A DNA stretch of 62,867 bases, taken from Octopus bimaculoides (taxonomy: Eukaryota). The translations under genes and the position numbers were made by a program. Below the pieces are notes generated by a model. That model did not search any database and was not told where the DNA came from. It saw only the letters and a list, made by a program, of their open reading frames with translations. Positions 25,086-38,310 of this stretch are shown here, piece after piece. The stretch lies in NCBI RefSeq assembly GCF_001194135.2, contig NC_068991.1:15317103-15379969 (forward strand), read 5' to 3'. The stretch's first letter is position 1; each line of letters opens with the position of its first letter.

Positions 25086-25420
25086 NNNNNNNNNNNNNNN
25101 NNNNNNNNNNNNNNNNNNNNNNNNNNNNNNNNNNNNNNNNNNNNNNNNNNNNNNNNNNNNNNNNNNNNNNNNNNNNNNNNNNNNNNNNNNNNNNNNNNNN
25201 NNNNNNNNNNNNNNNNNNNNNNNNNNNNNNNNNNNNNNNNNNNNNNNNNNNNNNNNNNNNNNNNNNNNNNNNNNNNNNNNNNNNNNNNNNNNNNNNNNNN
25301 NNNNNNNNNNNNNNNNNNNNNNNNNNNNNNNNNNNNNNNNNNNNNNNNNNNNNNNNNNNNNNNNNNNNNNNNNNNNNNNNNNNNNNNNNNNNNNNNNNNN
25401 NNNNNNNNNNNNNNNNNNNN

Positions 25421-25480
<60 letters not shown>

Positions 25481-25639
25481 ACACACAGAGGAACAAGCAC
25501 GCACACACATACACACACACAAGAACAAGTACGCACACATACACACACAGAGGCAAGCAGATAGATAAATAGACATATAGATAGACAGACAGATAGATAA
25601 ATAGATGGTTATATATGCGTGTAAATAAATAGATAAGCG

Positions 25640-25655
25640 GCTATGTAGATAGATG

Positions 25656-25700
<45 letters not shown>
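25640..25700. repeat. (GATA)n microsatellite
   Basis: Direct reading of the sequence. Confidence 0.95.
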
Positions 25701-26862
25701 ACAATAGATAATACGTACACACACATATATATATATATATATTGATAGAAAGGACAACAAAAGAAAGAAAGAGACCTCGATGTTATGTAAATAGAGAAAT
25801 TTATCTGTAAAAACTCGGAGTTTTATCATGGCTACCGAATAAGTGTCACATATTTTTACAGATATATATATATATATATAAAGGCAGGTTTGTTTTTGCT
25901 TTTCACTCTGGTTTTTTGTTCTATGTGCGCCATAAATATCGCCATCCATTTAGAGAAAAATTTGTAGTTTAGAATCAGTAGTTTTTTGACTGCTATTTCT
26001 AANNNNNNNNNNNNNNNNNNNNNNNNNNNNNNNNNNNNNNNNNNNNNNNNNNNNNNNNNNNNNNNNNNNNNNNNNNNNNNNNNNNNNNNNNNNNNNNNNN
26101 NNNNNNNNNNNNNNNNNNNNNNNNNNNNNNNNNNNNNNNNNNNNNNNNNNNNNNNNNNNNNNNNNNNNNNNNNNNNNNNNNNNNNNNNNNNNNNNNNNNN
26201 NNNNNNNNNNNNNNNNNNNNNNNNNNNNNNNNNNNNNNNNNNNNNNNNNNNNNNNNNNNNNNNNNNNNNNNNNNNNNNNNNNNNNNNNNNNNNNNNNNNN
26301 NNNNNNNNNNNNNNNNNNNNNNNNNNNNNNNNNNNNNNNNNNNNNNNNNNNNNNNNNNNNNNNNNNNNNNNNNNNNNNNNNNNNNNNNNNNNNNNNNNNN
26401 NNNNNNNNNNNNNNNNNNNNNNNNNNNNNNNNNNNNNNNNNNNNNNNNNNNNNNNNNNNNNNNNNNNNNNNNNNNNNNNNNNNNNNNNNNNNNNNNNNNN
26501 NNNNNNNNNNNNNNNNNNNNNNNNNNNNNNNNNNNNNNNNNNNNNNNNNNNNNNNNNNNNNNNNNNNNNNNNNNNNNNNNNNNNNNNNNNNNNNNNNNNN
26601 NNNNNNNNNNNNNNNNNNNNNNNNNNNNNNNNNNNNNNNNNNNNNNNNNNNNNNNNNNNNNNNNNNNNNNNNNNNNNNNNNNNNNNNNNNNNNNNNNNNN
26701 NNNNNNNNNNNNNNNNNNNNNNNNNNNNNNNNNNNNNNNNNNNNNNNNNNNNNNNNNNNNNNNNNNNNNNNNNNNNNNNNNNNNNNNNNNNNNNNNNNNN
26801 NNNNNNNNNNNNNNNNNNNNNNNNNNNNNNNNNNNNNNNNNNNNNNNNNNNNNNNNNNNNNN

Positions 26863-26926
26863 GGTTTAGGGTTAGGGTTAGGGTTAGGGTCAGGGTTAGG
26901 GTTAGGGTTTGATTTAGGGTTAGGTT
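26863..26926 (+). repeat. Interstitial telomere-like (TTAGGG)n tract
   Basis: About ten TTAGGG or variant units starting at the gap edge and degenerating rightwards. Confidence 0.9.
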
Positions 26927-27811
26927 TACCCTGTGGATCTATATAAAAACTGGGGGGGAGGATCGAAATTTTGAAATTGAGATTTTTGAAAATTTTTTTC
27001 CAGAATCGGATTCTCCATGGTCTGAAACATAGGATTCCGTAAAAAAAAAAAAAAAATTTAAAAGGGGGGGGGGTATACCCAGATTACATATACTCCATCT
27101 CCACCCTTTATTCGAAACCGTTTGTCTCATTTTTTTTAAGGAATACTTAGAAATGAAATGAAGATAAAGCCATACATACATACACACATACATACAAATA
27201 TACATACCTTTGTTATTTTTATCGTTGAAAGTACGATGGTACGAATATAATATATATATTGTTAGATACTCTATATCTAATACATATAAAATTCAAGCTG
27301 CCTCTGCTGATATGCCAGTGATGGGTGTATTGTTCCGGAAATGTTGATTGATAAGAAGTAAATGGCACGTCAGAACACTGCCATCCACAGTTCCTATTGA
27401 CTACCTCGCTTTCTCTGTCTCTTCTTCCTCTCGCTCTCTCTCTCTCTTTCCATCCCCTCTCTTTCTCACACATAAAGGCACACACACACGCACACATAGA
27501 TGGATAGAGAGGAGGTGAAAGGGAGAAAGAAAAATACGATTGAAGTAAATATCACAATGTGTATAAAGTTGATGCGCATGTGCATTTGTTTATGAGTGTA
27601 CATACATAAACGGTATACTTATATATGGGAGAATGTACGAAAAAACAACAACAGACGAGGACAGGTGGTGTAAATAACAAAAGGATGTATTAGTATGACG
27701 CTCGGGAATACGGAAAGTCTTTGACGTTTCAACAGAAAGAATACGGAGACAAGGAGAAAAACATGGAGAAAAAAATTGAATAGTGTTCAGTCAACGGTCA
27801 ATCATAATAAT

Positions 27812-27844
<33 letters not shown>

Positions 27845-27908
27845 GCATGTATGTATATATATGTGGGGGGGGGGATATTTTCGTGTCTGTGTGTGTTGTG
27901 TGTGAGTG

Positions 27909-27939
<31 letters not shown>

Positions 27940-29407
27940 AAGAACAAAAAACAAATTATCAAAACAAGATGGAATAAGTTCAAAAATCAGTAATATTAGT
28001 TCGATGCTGCACGCACGCACACAAACATACACATACTTACATATATGTATACATATATACATTATTATTTATTTTGAAATTCAAAAGAATACAACAATAG
28101 ATAATAAGCAGCACTGCTTGTTTAAATTAATAAAAGTTAATTAATTACACTGGACAATCGTAAACAATTGTCATTGTTTAGATACAATCTCACCTCACCG
28201 TAGATAGAAGTGAGATTCGGTTGAACTAGTTTCAGTCATCGTCGTATTTTCGTCAGCGACCGACTACTCTTGTTTCTCTCTGTCCACAATAATATATTGT
28301 TATATGACGTCCACTTCATTTCATGACCATATCAAATCGGGTATTGCGTCAGTAATTCAAAAGAATGCGTCATTTATGCAAATCAATGTATTCGATTTGG
28401 TAAAGTGGATAATAATAATATTTATAAATAATATGTTGCTCTGGACAGAAACAGAGGGATAGTTAGTTGCTGGTGAAATGGCAACGATGTGTTGCCACTA
28501 TCAGAACGCTCGCGTATGCATCGACAACAAATTAAAAATCCAGAAGTCCGCCAAATACCACTGAGTATCCATCTGGCAACATGTGGTCGGAAAACTTTTA
28601 TGATATTTCCATTTCATAAACTTTACAACCTGAATGAAATTGAGAGAAAACTGAGAGAAAAAGACTTTATTAAGAAATTCAAACCCAATGATTAAATTAA
28701 TCTTATTTGGGGTTTAAATTTCTTATCCCTATAACTAAAACACAAAAAAATCTCTAAAAAGTACTGCTGTCATCATTTCTAAAAATAAACATTGAAAAAT
28801 GGCTTGGCATCATCTCTAAAAATAGCCAGACAACTACTACTGCTGTCCACAGGAACGTAAAGGACAAAAGACAGCCAGTCAACTACAGTTGAAACATTCC
28901 TGTCACAACCTGGGACCTTGAAGATTGCTTGAATGCAAGAAAGTATACTGGTTCTTTAATATTTGATATTCAATATTTCATTTATTCAATAAGGCAATAC
29001 TTCATTTCATTTTACTATATATTCTATATCCTACATTAATATTTATAAGAATATAAATAAAACATAAAAAACAGAGTTGGAATTCCTATATATAAATTCC
29101 TATATATATATATATAGAGAGAGAGAGAGAAAGATCACATGATCACGTGATCGACCAGACTGTCAGATGTTGTTGCACATCGCTGCTCACAATGCACTTC
29201 ATATCGTTACACCACCACGCTGGTTAGGTGAGCAGGCCAACATTTCCTCCTGATCGAGAGTGGGACGGCAGTAAAATGAACTCTGTCTGGAGTCGAACCT
29301 ACGATCTAGCGATCGTGAGTGCAACTGCCTTACTACACAGCCACATACTTTCAAGGATAGATAGATGGATAGATAGCTATACACACACTATATGCACAGA
29401 CACACAC

Positions 29408-29469
<62 letters not shown>

Positions 29470-29683
29470 NNNNNNNNNNNNNNNNNNNNNNNNNNNNNNN
29501 NNNNNNNNNNNNNNNNNNNNNNNNNNNNNNNNNNNNNNNNNNNNNNNNNNNNNNNNNNNNNNNNNNNNNNNNNNNNNNNNNNNNNNNNNNNNNNNNNNNN
29601 NNNNNNNNNNNNNNNNNNNNNNNNNNNNNNNNNNNNNNNNNNNNNNNNNNNNNNNNNNNNNNNNNNNNNNNNNNNNNNNNNNN

Positions 29684-29730
<47 letters not shown>

Positions 29731-30214
29731 TGGGAGATATCAGCTGTTCGTTAAAAATGTTAAGAACTCAAATATTTGTATTACATTTGTTTGCTTGGGT
29801 TTTAGGGTTAGACAAAGAATCTTCGGGTGTGTCCTGGATAATGGCTTGACTACCTGTTCATTGGTTTTAGTCTATGCCTATGTGGACACGTGTGTGTTGT
29901 CTGTGTATGTAGGGGGTGAGGAGTTAATCTATAAACAAAAGATAAGTGAATTTTTAGAAGCGTTGTCCCAAACGACCAGCTGTTTATTGATACCACTGTA
30001 TGTAAGGAAATGACAGCTGTTTTTTGAAGAATAAGACCAAGAACAGAACGATTACTGGCTGGTTGTTTTGATGACAAGTCAGTCCAGAAATGTTTAGCTG
30101 CTTATAAATTTCAATAAATTGTCAGTTTTAATCTGGCGAAGTCGTTAAACAGTTGACTGGGTTTTGTAAAAGATGCGCGATTTTTTTTCTAGACTTTTGC
30201 TTTTTTTATAAATC

Positions 30215-30255
30215 GCAGTAGTAGTTGTAGTAGTAGTAGCAAAAGCAAGTGTTAA

Positions 30256-30294
<39 letters not shown>

Positions 30295-30310
30295 CAGAAG
30301 CAAGTGTTAA

Positions 30311-30356
<46 letters not shown>

Positions 30357-30361
30357 CGTCG

Positions 30362-30393
<32 letters not shown>

Positions 30394-31070
30394 GGTGGTG
30401 GTGGTAGTATTAGTGGCAGTGATTTTCGTGTTGGTGATGGTTGTGGTAGTGGTGGTGATGGTGGTGGTGATGGTGGTGGTGATAGTGGTGATGGTAGTAG
30501 TAGTAGTAGTAGTAGTACTAGTGGTGGTAGTAGTAATAGTAGAGGTAGGTGCAGTAGTGATAGCGGTGGTGGAGTGGTGGTGGTGGTGGTGGTGGTGGTG
30601 GAGGTGGCGCTGGTAGTGCTAGTTGTAGTACTAGTAGTAGTATTAGGAAGAGGAGGAGGAGGAGGTGGGTGGGGGCTAGGGTTGGAGGAGGATTATCTAT
30701 GGTGAAAGTAAAAGTAGTAGTAATAGAATAGCAATAGTAGCGACAGCAGTGCTGTGAACACCATCATCACTAATTACCATTGCTACTATAATCACCACCA
30801 CCATCACTTCTACTACAACCACCACTATCACTACCATCATACTGGACAATACCACACCTGACATACAGAAAACAGGACGGTCATGACTGGAACGCCTTTG
30901 ATCATAAACCAGAACGAAAACAAATGAAGAATGTTGTTTTCATTATATTTTAACGCTGTCAAAGTCGCATGGCGTGGACCACGAGGACAACAACTCTACC
31001 ATAACCATCACAGCCAGTACTCACTATTACTAGCACCACCACTGCCAACTCTACAGCCACTACTAATAAT
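30215..31070. repeat. Compound trinucleotide low-complexity domain (GTA/GTT/GGT, then CAC/CTA)
   Basis: Direct reading of the sequence. Confidence 0.95.
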
Positions 31071-31099
31071 TAATTCGTTTTATTGGCCACAAGGTCTAA

Positions 31100-33765
31100 T
31101 ATCTATTAAAAACATATAAGGACAAAGACAGGACGAAGGTTACAAAAGGTTTTGTCCGAAAAGGTAGGAAAGTTCGTCTAAACAGAGGAAGAAAACGGAG
31201 AAGGATATAATAAATAAATAGATAAATAAATAAGTAGAACTCCCAAAGGGGGAGGCGCTTCGAAAAAGGAAAGGTTACACGTGGAAAAACCCATAAAACC
31301 ACGGGAGCCTGGTCAAAAAAATAAGAAAGGGGTATAGAGCCCTTTCTCCTTTTACATTACCTTTTTTTTTTTACAGGTGTCTTCTCAGAATTGGTCCGTT
31401 TATACTGGCCATTCTTCCAACAGTCACCCATCTTTCAACGAATTTGCTATGAGACAGCACTTCCCTCTCTNNNNNNNNNNNNNNNNNNNNNNNNNNNNNN
31501 NNNNNNNNNNNNNNNNNNNNNNNNNNNNNNNNNNNNNNNNNNNNNNNNNNNNNNNNNNNNNNNNNNNNNNNNNNNNNNNNNNNNNNNNNNNNNNNNNNNN
31601 NNNNNNNNNNNNNNNNNNNNNNNNNNNNNNNNNNNNNNNNNNNNNNNNNNNNNNNNNNNNNNNNNNNNNNNNNNNNNNNNNNNNNNNNNNNNNNNNNNNN
31701 NNNNNNNNNNNNNNNNNNNNNNNNNNNNNNNNNNNNNNNNNNNNNNNNNNNNNNNNNNNNNNNNNNNNNNNNNNNNNNNNNNNNNNNNNNNNNNNNNNNN
31801 NNNNNNNNNNNNNNNNNNNNNNNNNNNNNNNNNNNNNNNNNNNNNNNNNNNNNNNNNNNNNNNNNNNNNNNNNNNNNNNNNNNNNNNNNNNNNNNNNNNN
31901 NNNNNNNNNNNNNNNNNNNNNNNNNNNNNNNNNNNNNNNNNNNNNNNNNNNNNNNNNNNNNNNNNNNNNNNNNNNNNNNNNNNNNNNNNNNNNNNNNNNN
32001 NNNNNNNNNNNNNNNNNNNNNNNNNNNNNNNNNNNNNNNNNNNNNNNNNNNNNNNNNNNNNNNNNNNNNNNNNNNNNNNNNNNNNNNNNNNNNNNNNNNN
32101 NNNNNNNNNNNNNNNNNNNNNNNNNNNNNNNNNNNNNNNNNNNNNNNNNNNNNNNNNNNNNNNNNNNNNNNNNNNNNNNNNNNNNNNNNNNNNNNNNNNN
32201 NNNNNNNNNNNNNNNNNNNNNNNNNNNNNNNNNNNNNNNNNNNNNNNNNNNNNNNNNNNNNNNNNNNNNNNNNNNNNNNNNNNNNNNNNNNNNNNNNNNN
32301 NNNNNNNNNNNNNNNNNNATGACGGATGCGATGTACGCATTCGCCACCTCCGCTCGACCTTTCAAGGAGAGCTTCCTCTCAGCCCATTTCTGGGTGAGGT
32401 TGGCCACCCTGTTCGTCACTTCTTCCCAGTTTTTCTCCAACTGGAGGTCCGGACCGAAGCAGACCCCGAGCAGTTTAGCGGGTCCGTCTGTCCAGCGCCC
32501 TACGACGCTGTTGAACGGCATGGACTTGCCCCTCCAGGTGCTTAGTTGCAAGCCCATTGATTTTTCCGCGTTAATTTTCGCACCTGTCACCGCTTCATAC
32601 TCGTTTAGTGTCTCGCCAACCAGGTCAATATGCCTGTGGCTCGACACCAGACACGCTCCTTCCACATCCCAGATCACGCGGGACACCCCTCAAAGCCTCC
32701 AACTTCCGCAGTAATGGCTCGAGAGTCAATACATACAGAAGGGAGGAGAGAGAGGACACCCTTGGTGAACCGAACGCGAGATGTTGAACGGTTCCGATAG
32801 ATGGCCGTTCACCCGTATGACCGAGCAGATGCCGCTGTATAAANNNNNNNNNNNNNNNNNNNNNNNNNNNNNNNNNNNNNNNNNNNNNNNNNNNNNNNNN
32901 NNNNNNNNNNNNNNNNNNNNNNNNNNNNNNNNNNNNNNNNNNNNNNNNNNNNNNNNNNNNNNNNNNNNNNNNNNNNNNNNNNNNNNNNNNNNNNNNNNNN
33001 NNNNNNNNNNNNNNNNNNNNNNNNNNNNNNNNNNNNNNNNNNNNNNNNNNNNNNNNNNNNNNNNNNNNNNNNNNNNNNNNNNNNNNNNNNNNNNNNNNNN
33101 NNNNNNNNNNNNNNNNNNNNNNNNNNNNNNNNNNNNNNNNNNNNNNNNNNNNNNNNNNNNNNNNNNNNNNNNNNNNNNNNNNNNNNNNNNNNNNNNNNNN
33201 NNNNNNNNNNNNNNNNNNNNNNNNNNNNNNNNNNNNNNNNNNNNNNNNNNNNNNNNNNNNNNNNNNNNNNNNNNNNNNNNNNNNNNNNNNNNNNNNNNNN
33301 NNNNNNNNNNNNNNNNNNNNNNNNNNNNNNNNNNNNNNNNNNNNNNNNNNNNNNNNNNNNNNNNNNNNNNNNNNNNNNNNNNNNNNNNNNNNNNNNNNNN
33401 NNNNNNNNNNNNNNNNNNNNNNNNNNCAAACAAAAGCAGGAATTCTCCCGTTTTGTTGCCAGTTGCAGTAGACGTTTGCCAAGATGCCCGCAAACAAGTC
33501 TGGCATTGACGTATAAAGCTCGTAAGGCAGACCATCCAAACCCGGTGATCTACCTCTCGTGCAGCCTTTCATCGCTTCCTGTACTTCCCAGGCAGATATG
33601 GGTCCTTCGCAGCACTCGGCCTCGCTGGTCGAGAGTTGCGGCAGGCCGTCTAGGTACACACCGAAATCTGTTCCGTCGTCCGTCCTACCGTCGTCCCGAA
33701 CAATTGAGCAAAGTGCTGCTGAAAGGCTGAACACATGTGCTTCGGTTCCAAAATCTCGCAGTCGT
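31100..33765 (-). mobile_element. 5'-truncated L1/Tx1-clade LINE (RT region, ORF2 C-terminus, 3'UTR)
   Basis: GRSPGLDGLPYELY, ISRSVHQGCPLSP, YVLTLEPLLRKL, YEAVTGAKINAEKS, KLLGVCFG, RKLSLKGRAEVAN. The ORF end ..FVERWV..RRHL* has its TAA at 31371-31373. Two gaps lie inside, and a deletion removes the YADD region. Confidence 0.9.
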
Positions 33766-34130
33766 TAATGCCACCACTACTACAACCAATACCACCACTG
33801 ATAACATAACTCCCACCACTAATACGGCATTGTCGCTACAATCATCCTCATCACCACCACCACTAGCACCTCAACCACCAGAACATCAATGAAGGGAGTT
33901 TGTCATAGCGGAATTTGTAATAGTAGTCATGTTGTTATTGTTAGTGAGTACTTACACTCCGTCGACACTTTCTGCCTTCTTTATTCTCTCACACTGTCTT
34001 TTTCTCTTATACTCATCGACACAAATACATATTATACGCATGCGTATAAATATGAATACGATTTGTTTGATCAACAACACTCTCTCTTTCCTCTTCTCTC
34101 TTTCTTTTTCTCTCTCTCTCTCTATCTCCA

Positions 34131-34163
<33 letters not shown>

Positions 34164-34278
34164 TTCTCTACCTGTCTCTTTCTCTGTCTATTTCTTCCTC
34201 CGACTTGCTCTGAATGTACAATAGACTTCCGGGACGGACGTACAAACAGCGAAAATTACATACAAAGATGCGCGCACG

Positions 34279-34325
<47 letters not shown>

Positions 34326-34689
34326 ACACACACACATACATATAGACAATGCTCCAGCATGCCCGCAGTCCTACCATAGAAAACATTAAAAGAGTAACGG
34401 AAAGAATATATATTTATATGCATATTGAGAAAGACGGAGACAGAAAAATAGTTACACACACACACACGTATAAATATACATANNNNNNNNNNNNNNNNNN
34501 NNNNNNNNNNNNNNNNNNNNNNNNNNNNNNNNNNNNNNNNNNNNNNNNNNNNNNNNNNNNNNNNNNNNCACACACACACACACATATACATATAAAATAC
34601 ATACGCATACATGCAAACACATTTGACTAATCCTTCGGATTAAAGCTAAATTATTTGTACATATATAGTGCAGCATAAAAACACATCTT

Positions 34690-34760
<71 letters not shown>

Positions 34761-34920
34761 CTTCCCCTGTATATGTGTGTGTGTATTGTGTGTATAGGTA
34801 AATATGAACGTATGTATGTATGTATGTATGTATGTGTGTATGTATGTATGTATGTATGTATGTATGTATGTGTGTGTGTATGTATGAATGAATGAATGAA
34901 TGTATGTATGTGTGTGTATG
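34690..34920. repeat. (CTAT)n plus (GTAT)n microsatellites
   Basis: Direct reading of the sequence. Confidence 0.95.
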
Positions 34921-35551
34921 TGTGCGTGTGTGTCTTTATGTGACTAACTCAGTGAAATTCACCACAAGCTATCTGTCAACTTACAGGAAGAAGGAAAAAT
35001 AATCGTGAAAATATAAACTGAAAAATAAATATTTATAGAATGAGTTGCGACTTGTATGACGAGGTCATATGAAAGACAAATATGATATGTCTGTTGAAGA
35101 CAACCAAAAAAATTCCAATATTTACCAATTGATCATAAAATATTCTTGGTTCTAGCCGAACAACAGGCCTCTCAGAAGCCCACTCGTTCTCCTAGAAATA
35201 TCAACTAAGTTTCTTTTGCAAACCACTCCTTAGCATCCTATAGAAAGTAGAAAGGACACATTGTGTAATGCAGCTTTTACTAACCTTCCTACACAGGGTT
35301 GCTAGAAATATCAGCCAAACTTCCTGCAAATCACTCCCGAATGTCTTCTAAAACGCCAGAAACTGAAAGTTCGAGTGCCTTAAAATTCAACACTTACAAT
35401 ACCAGATACTGTAATAGCTTACAATTCAAAGGGACCACACATCCTCAATATTGTCCCGAAGACGTTGAGAAACCTACATGGATAGGCTCGGGAAGTGAGA
35501 GTGCAAGCACATTCCTAAATTTTTTGGGGGCAATGAAAATGCCAAAAGCAA

Positions 35552-36075
35552 CGTGCTGTGGAAACCATGGCCTACAAAGAGCAAAGACGTGGTACGAACG
35601 AACTCCAGAAGGAGTCACCGAGAACGAAAATTGCAAAATCCTGTGGGATGCAATGATTCAGTGCGATTACTTGATCAGACATCGGAAACCGGACATTGTT
35701 GTGGTGAATAAATGATAATCATCGACATAGCACGTTCCGGTCACTACAGGATCGAAGAGAAAGAACAAAAACTGAACAACTATGATGATTTGAAGTGAGA
35801 AATACGAAGGCTGCAGTCAATGAAGAGAGTAGAAGTAATACCAATAGTAATTGGCGCACTCAACAACAAACATGGCTCAAAAAGATTGGTACATATGTAA
35901 AGGTAGAACACCTATAAAAATCAGCATCGCTTGGAACAGCAAGAATTCTTCGCAGAGTTCTTGTAGTATGACCAATAAACAAGTGTCACCTCAGTCTTTT
36001 AGCTGTGGGCAGCTGACACTTTCCATCATAACCAGCAAAATAAACTGTGAGATTTCATCAACTAATAATAATAAA
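35552..36075 (+). mobile_element. R4/Dong-type non-LTR retrotransposon 3' end (restriction-like endonuclease)
   Basis: TPEGVTENENCKILWD..RKPDIVVV..IIDIA..EVIPIVIGAL..SLGTARILRRVL is a PD-(D/E)xK RLE domain, followed by a short (TAA)n tail near 36063. Confidence 0.85.
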
Positions 36076-36084
36076 CCTTTCAAC

Positions 36085-36275
36085 AATAGACACAAAGCCT
36101 GGTTTCTGCGGGGAGGGGGTTAGTCGATTACAGCGACCCCAGTGCGTAACTGGTACTTATTTCATCGGTCCCGATTGGATGAAGACCTCGGTGGAAATTG
36201 AACCTCAGAACGTAGCGGCAGACGAAATACCGCTAAGCATTTCTTTCGGCGTGCTAACGATTTTGCCAGCTCGCC
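36085..36275 (-). mobile_element. SINE family A
   Basis: Reverse complement of the family A consensus. Confidence 0.85.
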
Positions 36276-36684
36276 ACTATTCACTTCTCGCGATAGTTTA
36301 AGGTGATGTGTTCAATAATGATAATAATAATGTTATAAATAACTTCACTATCTCAGAACAAGATCTTCAAACAAAGATTAGAAAAGGAGTATATAGTAGT
36401 ATATTTCTGTTTGTCTAAAACAGTTAAATCTATATGAAATTATGTTTTTGTAGGAGTGTGTCTACATGTGTTTAACAAGACAAACCTCCCTTTAGAGATG
36501 TTTTAAAATATTAAAAAAAAAAAAAAACAAGCAAGGGAGATTACTTCCAAATCTATAATCTAAATTTAAAAACAAACAAAAACAGGTGAGCCCAATGTGA
36601 ATGTCTTATCTTTTAAAGCCAGCTGGTGAAAGTACTTGACACGTTATCTTTTTCGATCTCATCAGGCAAACATGTTCTTACCAC

Positions 36685-36878
36685 AGGTTATGTGGTAAGA
36701 AGTTTGCCTGTCAGCCACATGGTTCCAGGTTCTATCTCACCGTATGTTACCTTGGGTAAATATCTACTACTGTAGTCCGGGGCCAGCAAAAGACATGTGT
36801 ATGGATTCGGTAGACGGAAATTGAAAGAAGCTCGTCGTATATATAAGTAATTATATGTATACATACACATACACAAAT

Positions 36879-36934
<56 letters not shown>

Positions 36935-37075
36935 CGGAGCTTCTTTCAGTCTCCGACTACCAAATCCGCTCCCAAGTCTTTGGTCGGCCCAGAGCATTTG
37001 CCTAAGATGCCACGCGGTGAAACTGAACTCGGAACCACGTGACTGGGAAGTAAATCTCTCACTACGCAGCCACAC
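36685..37075. mobile_element. Two family D SINE 5' halves in inverted orientation around a (GT)n
   Basis: A plus copy at ~36685-36845 and a minus copy at ~36930-37075. Confidence 0.75.
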
Positions 37076-37107
37076 ACACACACTCCCCCATATATATGTA
37101 TATAATA

Positions 37108-37147
<40 letters not shown>

Positions 37148-37359
37148 TATATAGAATGCGTTCAGTTGACAATATTTACTGATTTTCTGCCTTCAAGGCA
37201 TGAAACTTCATTCATTGCCTTTAGCTTTGTTGTTGTTGTTGTTGTTGTTGCTCATGATGTTGTGTTTTTCGTCTTCTATGAAATAAAATATAGAGAATAC
37301 TAAAAGCAAAATTCTTGGCTGTAGTTCATGCACTGTCTGCAAGTGTCTGCTGCTGCTGC

Positions 37360-37566
37360 TGCTCTAGCTGTTATTGCCACGGATGATGATGATGAGTAGG
37401 AGAAGAGGGGCGAGAAGTAGACGGGATGGAGGAGAAAGAAGAAGAGTAGGCAGAAAAGAAGAATAAGCGGAGTGGGAGGAGGAAGAAGAGGTGGAGGAGA
37501 GGCGGTGGAAGAAGAGGAGGGGAAGATGATTGTGATCAAAATTATCATCATCATGACGACGATGAC

Positions 37567-37599
<33 letters not shown>

Positions 37600-37675
37600 G
37601 GTTTTAGTAGTTCCGCTGGTGCTGGTGGAGAAGTTCGTGGCGCTGGTGATTGAGGTAGCGACTAAAATGAGGATA

Positions 37676-37712
<37 letters not shown>

Positions 37713-38310
37713 GGATGATGATGATGATACCTTTGTTATTGTTTAGCCCTAGATCATCCATGGTTATAAAAAGCTTTGATCCATGTGACCATCCCGACTT
37801 TTATTTAGGCATATCTAGGATTTCATTGTCAAATGTGTCCTTCTGTTTAAGGTAACTTGATTGCCATCTGAAGGAAATTTGATTGCTATCTCTTGCAAGA
37901 TAAAAATAATCCCTTACAAAAGGTCTTCTCATTAGCCTGGTTTTATTATCGTTGCCATGGTTTTTACAGTTAATGCTTTTGATTTTGTTGATCTTGTGTT
38001 GGCTTTGTTTTGGGTTTTTTTTTCTTTTCACTTTGCCAGATAGACTGTGATTTGAGGAAAATTTAGCTGTTACTTCTAGCCGATCCATTGACCATATACA
38101 GGCGTGAAATGTTGTTGTTGGTTTTGTTGTTGTTGTTGTTGATGATGGTGTTGATGTTCTAAGTATTGTTAATGTTGTCACTTCTGTTGGTCCGACATTT
38201 GTTGCTGCTGCTGTTGCTGCTGCGGGTGCAGTTGCTGCTGCTACTGTTGGTGCTGTTGCTGCTGATGATGGTATTTGATGCAATTACTTCCGATGATGAC
38301 GTGGTGGTGT
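37360..38310. repeat. Trinucleotide-rich tracts (GAT, GGA, GTT, GCT)
   Basis: Direct reading of the sequence. Confidence 0.85.

Noticed and set aside
26863-26926. True chromosome end
   Set aside because: The strand polarity is wrong and ordinary sequence lies on both sides of the gap.
36635-36670. CTGATGAGATCGAAA on the minus strand
   Set aside because: Stem II would be 1 bp with a 2-nt loop, and stems I and III do not pair.
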